The position numbers were made by a program, and so were the translations under genes. A stretch of 64,000 bases of DNA. It comes from an uncultured candidatus Porisulfidus sp. GTDB lineage: Bacteria > Pseudomonadota > Gammaproteobacteria > Poriferisulfidales > Poriferisulfidaceae. The notes under the pieces were generated by a model. The model made no database searches and was not told the origin of the DNA. It saw only the letters and a program-made list of their open reading frames with translations. Shown one piece after another: positions 1-7,443 of the stretch. Position 1 is the stretch's first letter, and the number at the start of each line of letters is the position of its first letter. The DNA lies in the NCBI GenBank assembly GCA_965204575.1, contig OZ241993.1:832001-896000 (forward strand), in the 5' to 3' direction.

Positions 1-140
1 CCATGTTCGAAGGTGTCTTCGTCGACGACGCTGGCCGGCACGGAGACATGCTGTTCCTTGCCGCGGGTGTCGGTGAAGCGGAAGTCGATGAAACGGACGT
101 CCGACTCTTCAATTGTCTTGAGAATTTCTTCAGGGCTCAT
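1..140 (-). CDS. glnA: Glutamine synthetase type I, N-terminal fragment (runs off window)
   Basis: Not in ORF track. Manual translation from ATG at 140 gives [47 protein letters not shown], matching the GSI N-terminus (DxRFTD..GKEQH). Confidence 0.93.
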   Translation of the reverse strand, partial: MSPEEILKTIEESDVRFIDFRFTDTRGKEQHVSVPASVVDEDTFEH

Positions 141-259
141 AGCTCAGGCTCCAGAGTAGCGAATTCAAGCACGGGGAAACACAGCGAAACGCCCACCTGC
201 GCCCGATTGGGTTCAACCAGACACATTGGTGCGTCTAACGCAATCCCCTGTGAGCGGGC

Positions 260-265
260 ATTATA
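260..265 (-). promoter_or_regulatory. Putative sigma70 -10 box (TATAAT) for glnA
   Basis: Perfect TATAAT on the minus strand about 120 nt upstream of the glnA start; no clear -35. Confidence 0.45.
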
Positions 266-300
266 CATACTAAACCCGCCTTTTTTCTCCGGATGGGCCT

Positions 301-1983
301 TTATTCGTAGTCCTCGTAAAGGGAGATCAGGAAACTCACCAGCGGCTGGATGTCGTTCGGCGTGATCCAGACCTCCCGCAGCTCGGGAGCCACATTCCGG
401 ATTGTCCCGTTCCGGCTGTTTGCGGAGGCTGCGATGTAGAACGCGACCGAGGCATGCAGGTCGCTGACCTGGCCGTTGTGCATATAGGGGGCCGAATGGC
501 CCAGATCCCTCAACGTCGGGGTTTTGAATGCCGCGATTGACTGTTCGAGGGCTTGGTCTGCGGTCTTGCAGCCCGCCCCGTTTTGACAGAACGAGCGGTG
601 CAGGGGTTCCTGGGCGTTCGGGTAATCTTCGTTCATGAAGATGTTCCAGGCACCCAGGTCCGTCGCCATCGGCTCGGATTCCGATGCGGGTCTGCGGAAC
701 AGGCCCTGCCGGTCCGGGTTCGCGGCGGTTGCAGGCAGGTAGATGTCCGCCTGCTCGTTGCGCTGTCCGATTGTCGGGATCAGCAGTTTCCAGAACGAAC
801 CTTGTCCGTGGATGGCTTCATATTCCACTTGGGTCACGCCGATGTTGTGAAAACCGAAATCCGTGAAATGCGGGGCCGCGTGGCAGGATCCGCAGTTTCC
901 GGCACCGCGTTCGACAGCAGGTTTCCGGTTGAAGAAAACCTGCAGCCCCTGCAGTTCGATTTCACCGAACCGGTAGGGCTGGTCATGGAACCGGAATCCG
1001 CCATCCTCCGTCGCAGGATTGCGTTTCACGAATTGCAGTTCGCCGCTTTCGTCGAGCGAGTCGATTCGCGTCAGCAACCGGTCGCTGTAGTCCTCGTCCG
1101 ATTCGCCCTCGTCCGGGCGGACGGGCAGGCCGTTGATCGACAGAAACCGATCGTAAGGTGAAAGGATGTCCTCCTCTTTAGAGAATTTCAGATCGGCGAG
1201 ATAGTGTTCGATCAGGTTGGCTACGCCGACCAGGATCTCATCGCAAGAACTTCCCGCCACGTCTACGCGCAGCCCTGCTGCGATCCGGTGCGGTTCAGGC
1301 AATGCTTCCCCGGATCCCGAAACGCCGGAGAACACTTCAGAGTAACTGAATCCACCGAATTCTTTCGCCAATGCGCCCGTCCCGTCGTCTTTCCGGATGA
1401 CTTCGCAGGCATGGCGTGCGGCGAGGCCGCCCTCGCTGGGTAGCCAGCCTAGGTTACGTCCCGTGAGCGTGGCGATAATCACTTCCCGAGCCGAGGCAAA
1501 CTCCCCGTCGACATGTAGCAGGAAGGGATCTCTTGGCGCCAGGGAACCTACCAGCACCGGCGAATTCCGCACGGTCACGGATTGCCCGTCGTTCCGTTCA
1601 GGCACGGGGCTCCGGGAGGCAAAATCGTTGTAGGCGCGCATACCGAGTTCTTGCTGTCCGACATGCTCGTCCACTAGGTGGCAGGTTCGGCAGTTGTAGG
1701 ACAAGCCCTCGAATGGGCCAGTCGCGAACGGGACCTGATAGGGCGGAAGCCCGAAGAACCGGTACGTCTTCTCCAGTTTCGGGTCGCCTTCGTCAAGCGG
1801 TTCGTTGATGTCGCCGCCGCGGGTCACGAAATCATGAAAACGCTGGGCGAACCGGGTCTCGAGGAACAAGCGTTCTCCATGGAAGACTTCGGCGGGATCG
1901 GGTGCCGGCACTTCACCGGCTTGCGCAAAACCGCCAAGGCCCGAAACGGCCGCTGCAGCGAAAAGAATAACGCGAAAGTTCAT
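301..1983 (-). CDS. Periplasmic di-heme cytochrome c peroxidase-family protein (MauG/BthA-like)
   Basis: Signal peptide; two CxxCH motifs (CRTCH, CGSCH); RNSP, FTDFGFHNIG and FKTPTLRD..APYMHNG motifs. Confidence 0.85.
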   Translation of the reverse strand: MNFRVILFAAAAVSGLGGFAQAGEVPAPDPAEVFHGERLFLETRFAQRFHDFVTRGGDINEPLDEGDPKLEKTYRFFGLPPYQVPFATGPFEGLSYNCRTCHLVDEHVGQQELGMRAYNDFASRSPVPERNDGQSVTVRNSPVLVGSLAPRDPFLLHVDGEFASAREVIIATLTGRNLGWLPSEGGLAARHACEVIRKDDGTGALAKEFGGFSYSEVFSGVSGSGEALPEPHRIAAGLRVDVAGSSCDEILVGVANLIEHYLADLKFSKEEDILSPYDRFLSINGLPVRPDEGESDEDYSDRLLTRIDSLDESGELQFVKRNPATEDGGFRFHDQPYRFGEIELQGLQVFFNRKPAVERGAGNCGSCHAAPHFTDFGFHNIGVTQVEYEAIHGQGSFWKLLIPTIGQRNEQADIYLPATAANPDRQGLFRRPASESEPMATDLGAWNIFMNEDYPNAQEPLHRSFCQNGAGCKTADQALEQSIAAFKTPTLRDLGHSAPYMHNGQVSDLHASVAFYIAASANSRNGTIRNVAPELREVWITPNDIQPLVSFLISLYEDYE

Positions 1984-2212
1984 GGGAGGCGCAGTCAGGT
2001 GCGGCGACAGGTCGCCAGCTTGTCCGGGGCCCCGATTTTCCCTTTCGAAGCTCCCGAGGCAAACGGAAATTCTACTCGACCGGCGTGACCGGCTCCTCTA
2101 CGGCGGGATACTTCAAGGTGAGTTCGCCGCCCAGGTCTATGGCGTGCGGGTTCTTTTCGCCCTTCTCCGTCAGGTCGATGGCCACGTGATCGTCGTACTT
2201 GCCCTTGGGGAA

Positions 2213-3472
2213 TTATGTATGAAAATTGGCAGAGGATTCCTCGCCAATCTTCACCATTTTTTGACGCTTCCCAGGCCGACTGTGGCGGGATGCCCCGCCG
2301 GTGTCGCCACCTCCACGTCCAGCCGCCCCATTCCCGAAGGCCAGGATGTTCAATGCGGCGTTCACGTCCGCATTGCCCGCGTGCCCGCAAGCGGTGCACT
2401 TGAAATCTGTTCCATTTCTGTTTTTCTCATCGACATGCCCGCATGAATGACACGTCTGGCTGGTGTACGCCGGAAGCACATGGCGCACTTCCATCTTGTA
2501 GTTCAGGCACAACTCCAGCGTGCCCCAGGCGCTGGCCAGGATCTTCCGGTTCAGAGCCGCTTTCGCTTTTACGTTCCTGCCGGGCTTCTCTTTGGTGCCC
2601 TTGGCCGATTTCGTCATGTTGCCGATGTTCAGCTTCTCGACATAGGCCACATCGTATTCTGACGCAATGCTCTTGCTGACGTGGTGCGCCCAGTTCAACC
2701 GGGCGAAGCGTTCCGCGCGGAACGCTTTCTGCAACTTCACCCTGGTGATCTTCCTGCGGTTGCTCCCTTTCACCTGTCGCGCCATCTTGCGCTGGTACCG
2801 CTTGCGCCTTGCCACCTTCCGCTCCAAGTCCGGGCCCGGGTGCTTCGTGCCGTCCGACAAGACCGCCCACCCGTCCGCGTTCACGTTGCGGTCGATGCCC
2901 ACTTCCCGGATGCTGTGCGGAAGACTCGCTTCCGCCTGGACTTCATAGGCCAGGTAGGCATACCACTTGCCACATTCGTATCTGATCCGGCCGGACTTGA
3001 ACTCGCCGTCCGGGTACGGATTGTTGCCCGCCATCTTCATCCAGCCGACCTTCTGAACGTACAGGCTCTCTCCTGCTACTCGTGCGGATTGATAGTCAAT
3101 CGGAAAACTCGGAATCGTGCTGTACTTGCCGTGAAACTGCGGCAGTTTCCGGTTCAGTTTCCCGCCGGTCTCCCGATCCTTGAAGAACGCCTTGTAGGCT
3201 GTCTCGATGGGCTTCAGGGAGATCCGGACCACCTTGGACGGATAGTCCTGCAGCCACTTTGTCGTCCCGTCATCTCGCCGCATCACGGTGAAGACGTGAC
3301 ACAGGGAATAGTGTCGAAAGTCCGGCTTGATTCCGAATTCGTACTCGCCCCTGAGCTTCCCGACCATGTGGTTCCACACGAAGCGGCAGGCCCCGGCGGT
3401 GCCGTGCAGTTGCTGGTTCTTTCGTGCAGAGCCCGGATGCAGGCGGTAGCGGACGGTGCGGGGGACTTTCAT
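2213..3472 (-). CDS. tnpB: RNA-guided endonuclease TnpB
   Basis: N-terminal YRLHP..GACRFVWN HTH; RuvC I GIDRN; RuvC II VEKLN; Zn ribbon TSQTCHSCG..FKCTACG; RuvC III NADVNAALNIL. The D/E/D triad is intact. Confidence 0.95.
   Translation of the reverse strand: MKVPRTVRYRLHPGSARKNQQLHGTAGACRFVWNHMVGKLRGEYEFGIKPDFRHYSLCHVFTVMRRDDGTTKWLQDYPSKVVRISLKPIETAYKAFFKDRETGGKLNRKLPQFHGKYSTIPSFPIDYQSARVAGESLYVQKVGWMKMAGNNPYPDGEFKSGRIRYECGKWYAYLAYEVQAEASLPHSIREVGIDRNVNADGWAVLSDGTKHPGPDLERKVARRKRYQRKMARQVKGSNRRKITRVKLQKAFRAERFARLNWAHHVSKSIASEYDVAYVEKLNIGNMTKSAKGTKEKPGRNVKAKAALNRKILASAWGTLELCLNYKMEVRHVLPAYTSQTCHSCGHVDEKNRNGTDFKCTACGHAGNADVNAALNILAFGNGAAGRGGGDTGGASRHSRPGKRQKMVKIGEESSANFHT
2215..2360 (-). ncRNA. 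Putative omegaRNA (reRNA) scaffold overlapping the tnpB 3' end
   Basis: TnpB guide scaffolds are known to derive from the element's right end. A strong hairpin TGAAGATTGGC-GAGGAATCCTCT-GCCAATTTTCA lies at 2220-2253. The 5' boundary is a guess. Confidence 0.5.
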
Positions 3473-3517
3473 AGGAAGATTGTCTTCAAGCCTCCCTGTT
3501 TGTCAACTCTCGTACAT
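2215..3517 (-). mobile_element. Non-autonomous TnpB-only insertion element with imperfect TIRs and flanking AATT repeats
   Basis: AATT at 2211-2214 and 3518-3521. Ends read inward as ATGTATGAAAATTGGCAGA and ATGTACGAGAGTTGACAAA (14/19 identical). Interrupts an ORF that is restored on excision. No transposase inside. Confidence 0.8.
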
Positions 3518-4043
3518 AATTCTTGGTGCTTGTATCCTCCCCAGCTTTCCTCCGGGATGTAGCTGGCGTAGTCGTTCTCAATCGTAGCCAGATTAACTTC
3601 GTCGAACAGGTCGGCACCATCCGGCAGCCCCTGGGCATCCTTCTTGCGGTACTCCCGAATCGTCCCGTTGTCCTGCACCTGCCACAGGCCATGCTTGCCT
3701 TCCCCGATCATCGTCATGGTCTGTTCCACCACGTTCACGAAGCGGTAGGTGTAGTTCGTGTTCATGTGTCCAGAGAAAACCGGCAGATGGGGAATGCTGG
3801 AATGCGTCGTCTTGGGACGGCCTTCGCCGACCAGCAACTTCTGCCCGTCATCTCCCCGATCGCCTGGTCGCTCGTGTAGTAATAGGGATCGCCCTTCGTC
3901 AGGTCCTTGATGTGGCCGGCCTCGTCGGCACCCAGCGGGGCGGACGCGATCAGCAACCACGCGCCCGCGAGGCCGAGTGTGGTTGCGTTGGTTGGTTTCA
4001 TGGTTTTACCTCCTGCTACTTTGATTGGTTCAGGGGGAGAAAT

Positions 4044-4481
4044 TCAAAGTTCTCCCTTGGCCCTCTGTCCGCAGAAAAAGGCAAGGCCCGACGAATCCGA
4101 CGTGAACCGGATCTTCGCGCCCTTGTCGAAATAAATGATGTCGCCCGCGATCGCATGGAACGTCTCACCGCCTTCTTCGGCCAGGGTCATTTCGCCAGAG
4201 ACGATGAACTTGGCCTCGTTGTAGGTGTAGGTGTAGTCCAGCGGGTTGCTTTTTGCCAGGCTGAACAGGCCGCAGGTCAGCGGCGCGTTTTCGTCCGAAG
4301 TGATGAGGTCGGACAAAGCGGCCTCGATGCCTTCAATGCCCATGGAAGCCAGTTCCATGTCCGCGGCGCCTTTGTGAGTAGTCATCTTCGCTCCACCGTG
4401 GCCGTCGGCGATGGCTGTGCCCGAGCAGGCCAGCATGGCCGAGACGAGCAGGGCGAGAGAAGTTCTGTTTTTGGGTTGCAT
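4044..4481 (-). CDS. EutQ/DUF861-like cupin with signal peptide
   Basis: YTYTYNEAKFIVSGEM..AGDIIYFDKGAKIRF cupin_3/EutQ pattern; hydrophobic N-terminal signal. Confidence 0.75.
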   Translation of the reverse strand: MQPKNRTSLALLVSAMLACSGTAIADGHGGAKMTTHKGAADMELASMGIEGIEAALSDLITSDENAPLTCGLFSLAKSNPLDYTYTYNEAKFIVSGEMTLAEEGGETFHAIAGDIIYFDKGAKIRFTSDSSGLAFFCGQRAKGEL

Positions 4482-4582
4482 GATGTTCCTCCTAGGATTT
4501 GGTTTGGATTATAGCCCTGAAAATCCGGTCGATGCGCGGCATGCCGTAAAATTTGTGCTTCCTTGTTTCGCTACGGAGACAT

Positions 4583-4891
4583 ATGATGCGCGAGCCTATC
4601 CATCCGGGTGAGACGCTCCGCGAGGATCTCGACGCGCTTGGCATGAGTGCGGCGGAGTTGGCGCGCCAGATCGAGGTGCCGGTCAACCGCATCACGGAAA
4701 TTCTCAACGGTCGTCGTGCGGTGACCGGGGATACGGCACTACGCCTGGGGCACTTCTTTGGCACCACAGGGGAGTTCTGGCTTAATCTGCAGAAACTCTA
4801 CGAGTTGCGGTGCGCGCAACAGAAGCACGGCACCGCGATCGCACGGTTGTCGGTCTTGGATGCCGACCGGACTCTGCGCGCGTCGGGATGA
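4583..4891 (+). CDS. higA: HigA-family (VapI) XRE antitoxin
   Basis: IHPGETL..LARQIEVPVNRITEILNGRRAVTGDTALRLGHFFGTTGEFWLNLQ signature; start moved to ATG 4583, after a GGAG RBS. Confidence 0.9.
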   Translation: MMREPIHPGETLREDLDALGMSAAELARQIEVPVNRITEILNGRRAVTGDTALRLGHFFGTTGEFWLNLQKLYELRCAQQKHGTAIARLSVLDADRTLRASG

Positions 4892-4939
4892 GGATGAATT
4901 GCGGCTGGTCGGCGTGGTACATCGTTGCGGGTTAGGCGT

Positions 4940-5233
4940 ATGCTGGCGAGAAACGACATCCTAGATCTACTCCGGGAGCACAAAACGGCTCTGGCCCAAC
5001 GTTTTGGGGTTATTGACCTTTCCCTCTTTGGTTCCTTCGCCCGTGACCAAGCCACGGATGCCAGCGATGTCGATATCCTTGTGCGGTTTGATGGCCCGGC
5101 CACCTCGAAACGGTATTTCGGCGTGCAGTTCTATATTGAAGATCTACTGAATCAGTCGGTTGTACTGGTTACCGACAAAGCATTGCGAGCGGAATTCCGT
5201 CCCTATGTCGAACAGGAAGCGATCCGTGTCTGA
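4940..5233 (+). CDS. Minimal nucleotidyltransferase (MNT/MntA-type antitoxin)
   Basis: LFGSFARDQA..SDVDILV motif, about 97 aa. Confidence 0.88.
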   Translation: MLARNDILDLLREHKTALAQRFGVIDLSLFGSFARDQATDASDVDILVRFDGPATSKRYFGVQFYIEDLLNQSVVLVTDKALRAEFRPYVEQEAIRV

Positions 5234-5318
5234 TTTAAAAGTTTGGGGTAGGCACCTTAGCTTGGAACAGCGCTCCGGTTAAAATCGGTTCCTCAATTTT
5301 GCTACGGGACATCCCGAC

Positions 5319-5888
5319 ATGGCGGGTTACGGCCTCAACGACATCAAACCTGGCCTGAAGATCATGCTCGACGGCGCGCCGCATGTCGTGGTGGACAGCG
5401 AGTTCTGCAAGCCGGGCAAGGGCCAGGCGTTCACCCGGATGAAGGTGCGCAACCTCCTGACCGGCCGCACCAATGACAAGACGATCAAGTCCGGAGACAC
5501 CGTGGAAGCGGCGGACGTGCGGGAGATCAGCCTCCAGTACCTGTATGCGGACGGCGATTCGGCGGTGTTCATGTCCCCGGAATCCTACGAGCAGTACTCG
5601 ATTCCCGCCTCCGTGCTGGACGATGCCGTCACCTGGATCCGTGCGCAGGACATTTGCTCCGTACTGCTGTACAACGAGCAGCCGGTCAGCCTGACCCCGC
5701 CGCAGTTCGTGGAGTTGAAGATTACCGAGACGGATCCCGGCGTTCGGGGCGACACCGCATCCGGCGGGACCAAGCCGGCCACGCTGGAGACGGGCGCGGT
5801 CGTGCGCGTGCCCCTGTTCGTGGAAACCGGTGAGGTGATTCGGGTGGATACCCGCAGCGGCGAGTACGTATCCCGCGTTCGCGACTAG
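5319..5888 (+). CDS. efp: Elongation factor P
   Basis: [28 protein letters not shown] and [10 protein letters not shown] motifs. Confidence 0.97.
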   Translation: MAGYGLNDIKPGLKIMLDGAPHVVVDSEFCKPGKGQAFTRMKVRNLLTGRTNDKTIKSGDTVEAADVREISLQYLYADGDSAVFMSPESYEQYSIPASVLDDAVTWIRAQDICSVLLYNEQPVSLTPPQFVELKITETDPGVRGDTASGGTKPATLETGAVVRVPLFVETGEVIRVDTRSGEYVSRVRD

Positions 5889-5889
5889 G

Positions 5890-6816
5890 CTATTCGCCGT
5901 CCTCCGGTGACGCCTCGGAAGCGTCGCCGTCTTCACCCTTCGGAAGGAGCAGGGGTTGGCCATAGGCCACGGCCTGTCCGGGCTCGATAGCTGAATCCCA
6001 CACCCGGTCCTGATGGCCGCTGAGCAGCACGACGGTTGATCCCAGGTGAAAACAGCCGAGTTCATCGCCCCGGCGAAGTTCGATGTCCGGGGGCTTTCCG
6101 TTGTGCCGCCAGCGCGAGATCGCCCGCCACCGCGGCGCGACGATGCCGCACCAGCTCATCTCGATGCAGGCCACGTTGACGGCTCCGACCATGACGACGG
6201 CAAAGGGGGTGCCGTCCGGACCCTCGAACAGACTCGCCACGCGCTCGTTGCGTGCGTAAAGCCGCGGGATGCGTTCCACCGCATAGGAGGCGACGGTGAA
6301 CTGACGTCCCGGAATGTGGCACATCTCGGTGAGGCGGCCGTCGGCCGGCATGTAGACCCGGTGACAATCGTCCGGAGAGAGGTACAGGGTGGCGAACCGG
6401 CCCTGTGCGAATTCAGGGTGGGGGCCCCCGAGCAATTCGTCCACGGTGAAGGTCTGGCCTTTCGCCTGGATGGTCCGGCCCTCTTCGATTTGGCCGAATT
6501 GGCCGATTCGGCTGTCGCAGGGTGCCGCCAATGCATCCGGGTCTTCCGGCCAGGGCCGGACGTCTTTTTTCAGGGTGCGGACGAACAAGGCGTTCAGGGT
6601 CGGATACGCTTTCGGGTCCTCGATTTCCGCATCCTCCATCCGGAGCCCGAAAAAGGAGACGAACGAGCGGATCAGGAAGTTCTTGACCGCCGGGGTTTCG
6701 ATCCGGGAGAGCCAGTAAGCAAGGGTGGAGACCCAGCGGTGGGGAAAGCAGTAGAAGCCCCAGGCCTTGAGGTCGAGCAGGCGCGTGCGCCAGGGTGATT
6801 CAGGAACCGGGGTCAT
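5890..6816 (-). CDS. psd: Phosphatidylserine decarboxylase proenzyme
   Basis: QAKG, YLSPDDCHR, RNER, VGAVNV and the FHLGSTVV (LGST) cleavage motif. Confidence 0.93.
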   Translation of the reverse strand: MTPVPESPWRTRLLDLKAWGFYCFPHRWVSTLAYWLSRIETPAVKNFLIRSFVSFFGLRMEDAEIEDPKAYPTLNALFVRTLKKDVRPWPEDPDALAAPCDSRIGQFGQIEEGRTIQAKGQTFTVDELLGGPHPEFAQGRFATLYLSPDDCHRVYMPADGRLTEMCHIPGRQFTVASYAVERIPRLYARNERVASLFEGPDGTPFAVVMVGAVNVACIEMSWCGIVAPRWRAISRWRHNGKPPDIELRRGDELGCFHLGSTVVLLSGHQDRVWDSAIEPGQAVAYGQPLLLPKGEDGDASEASPEDGE

Positions 6817-7409
6817 TGGCCGAGGTCAATCAGTGTTCGAAGATCCGCGGCGATGGCCTTCGGGGCCAGGGGCGGAGTGAACACGCCGGCAAGCCGCGCC
6901 TCGGGATCGATCAGCCAGGCGCTGCCGCTGTGGTCGACGAGATAGCCGGTGGTGAGTGGTCGCCTGGAATAAAAGGCACCCAGTTGTTTTGCGAGGTCCG
7001 CAATCGCTTCGGCCTCACCGGTGGCCCCCACGGTGCCGGGGTGGAAATGGCCGACGTATCGGCTCAGGGCCTCTGGACTGTCACGCTCGGAGTCGACCGA
7101 AACAAAGACGATCCGGGCCTGTTCCTCGCCCAAGGCTTGCAGGGCGGTCGTCAATTGCTGCATGGAAGGCGAGCAGATGTCCGGGCAGTTGGAATAACCG
7201 AAGAACAGCAGGCTCCAGTGGCCGCGGAAATCCTCCGGTTCCAGCGTTTCGCCGTCATGGCGCGTGAGAGAGAAGGCAGGCAGTGGCCGGGCTTGTTCCC
7301 CGAACACGGTGGCCGCCTGAAATTCTGCCACCTCGCCTGTTTTCCACCAGTAGATGCCCGCAATCCCGGCGAGAACGAGGATTGACAGGAGAACAAGGAT
7401 GCGCTTCAA
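6813..7409 (-). CDS. SCO1/SenC family copper chaperone
   Basis: FFGYSNCPDIC, VSVDSERD, YLVDHS motifs; N-terminal TM anchor. Confidence 0.92.
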   Translation of the reverse strand: MKRILVLLSILVLAGIAGIYWWKTGEVAEFQAATVFGEQARPLPAFSLTRHDGETLEPEDFRGHWSLLFFGYSNCPDICSPSMQQLTTALQALGEEQARIVFVSVDSERDSPEALSRYVGHFHPGTVGATGEAEAIADLAKQLGAFYSRRPLTTGYLVDHSGSAWLIDPEARLAGVFTPPLAPKAIAADLRTLIDLGQ

Positions 7410-7443
7410 GGAATCTTCCCGGAAAATTGGAGCGCCCAGTTTA

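Larger units (their letters stand above)
2072..4001 (-). pseudogene. Secreted hypothetical protein (about 207 aa reconstructed), disrupted by a 1-nt frameshift and the TnpB element
   Basis: AGGAGG RBS and signal peptide at 4001. Frame changes at the G4 run 3854-3857. Removing 2215-3517 plus one AATT rejoins ..YKHQE|FPKGKYDDHVAIDLTEK..PVTPVE* (stop 2072-2074) in frame. Confidence 0.75.

Noticed and set aside
141-255. Glutamine (glnA-motif) riboswitch or NtrC/sigma54 elements in the glnA leader
   Set aside because: Two small hairpins are present, but the conserved junction/E-loop nucleotides, a full TGCAC-N7-GTGCA site and a clear -24/-12 pair were not recognisable.
3-365. Plus-strand 120-aa ORF
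   Set aside because: Antisense shadow of glnA and its promoter.
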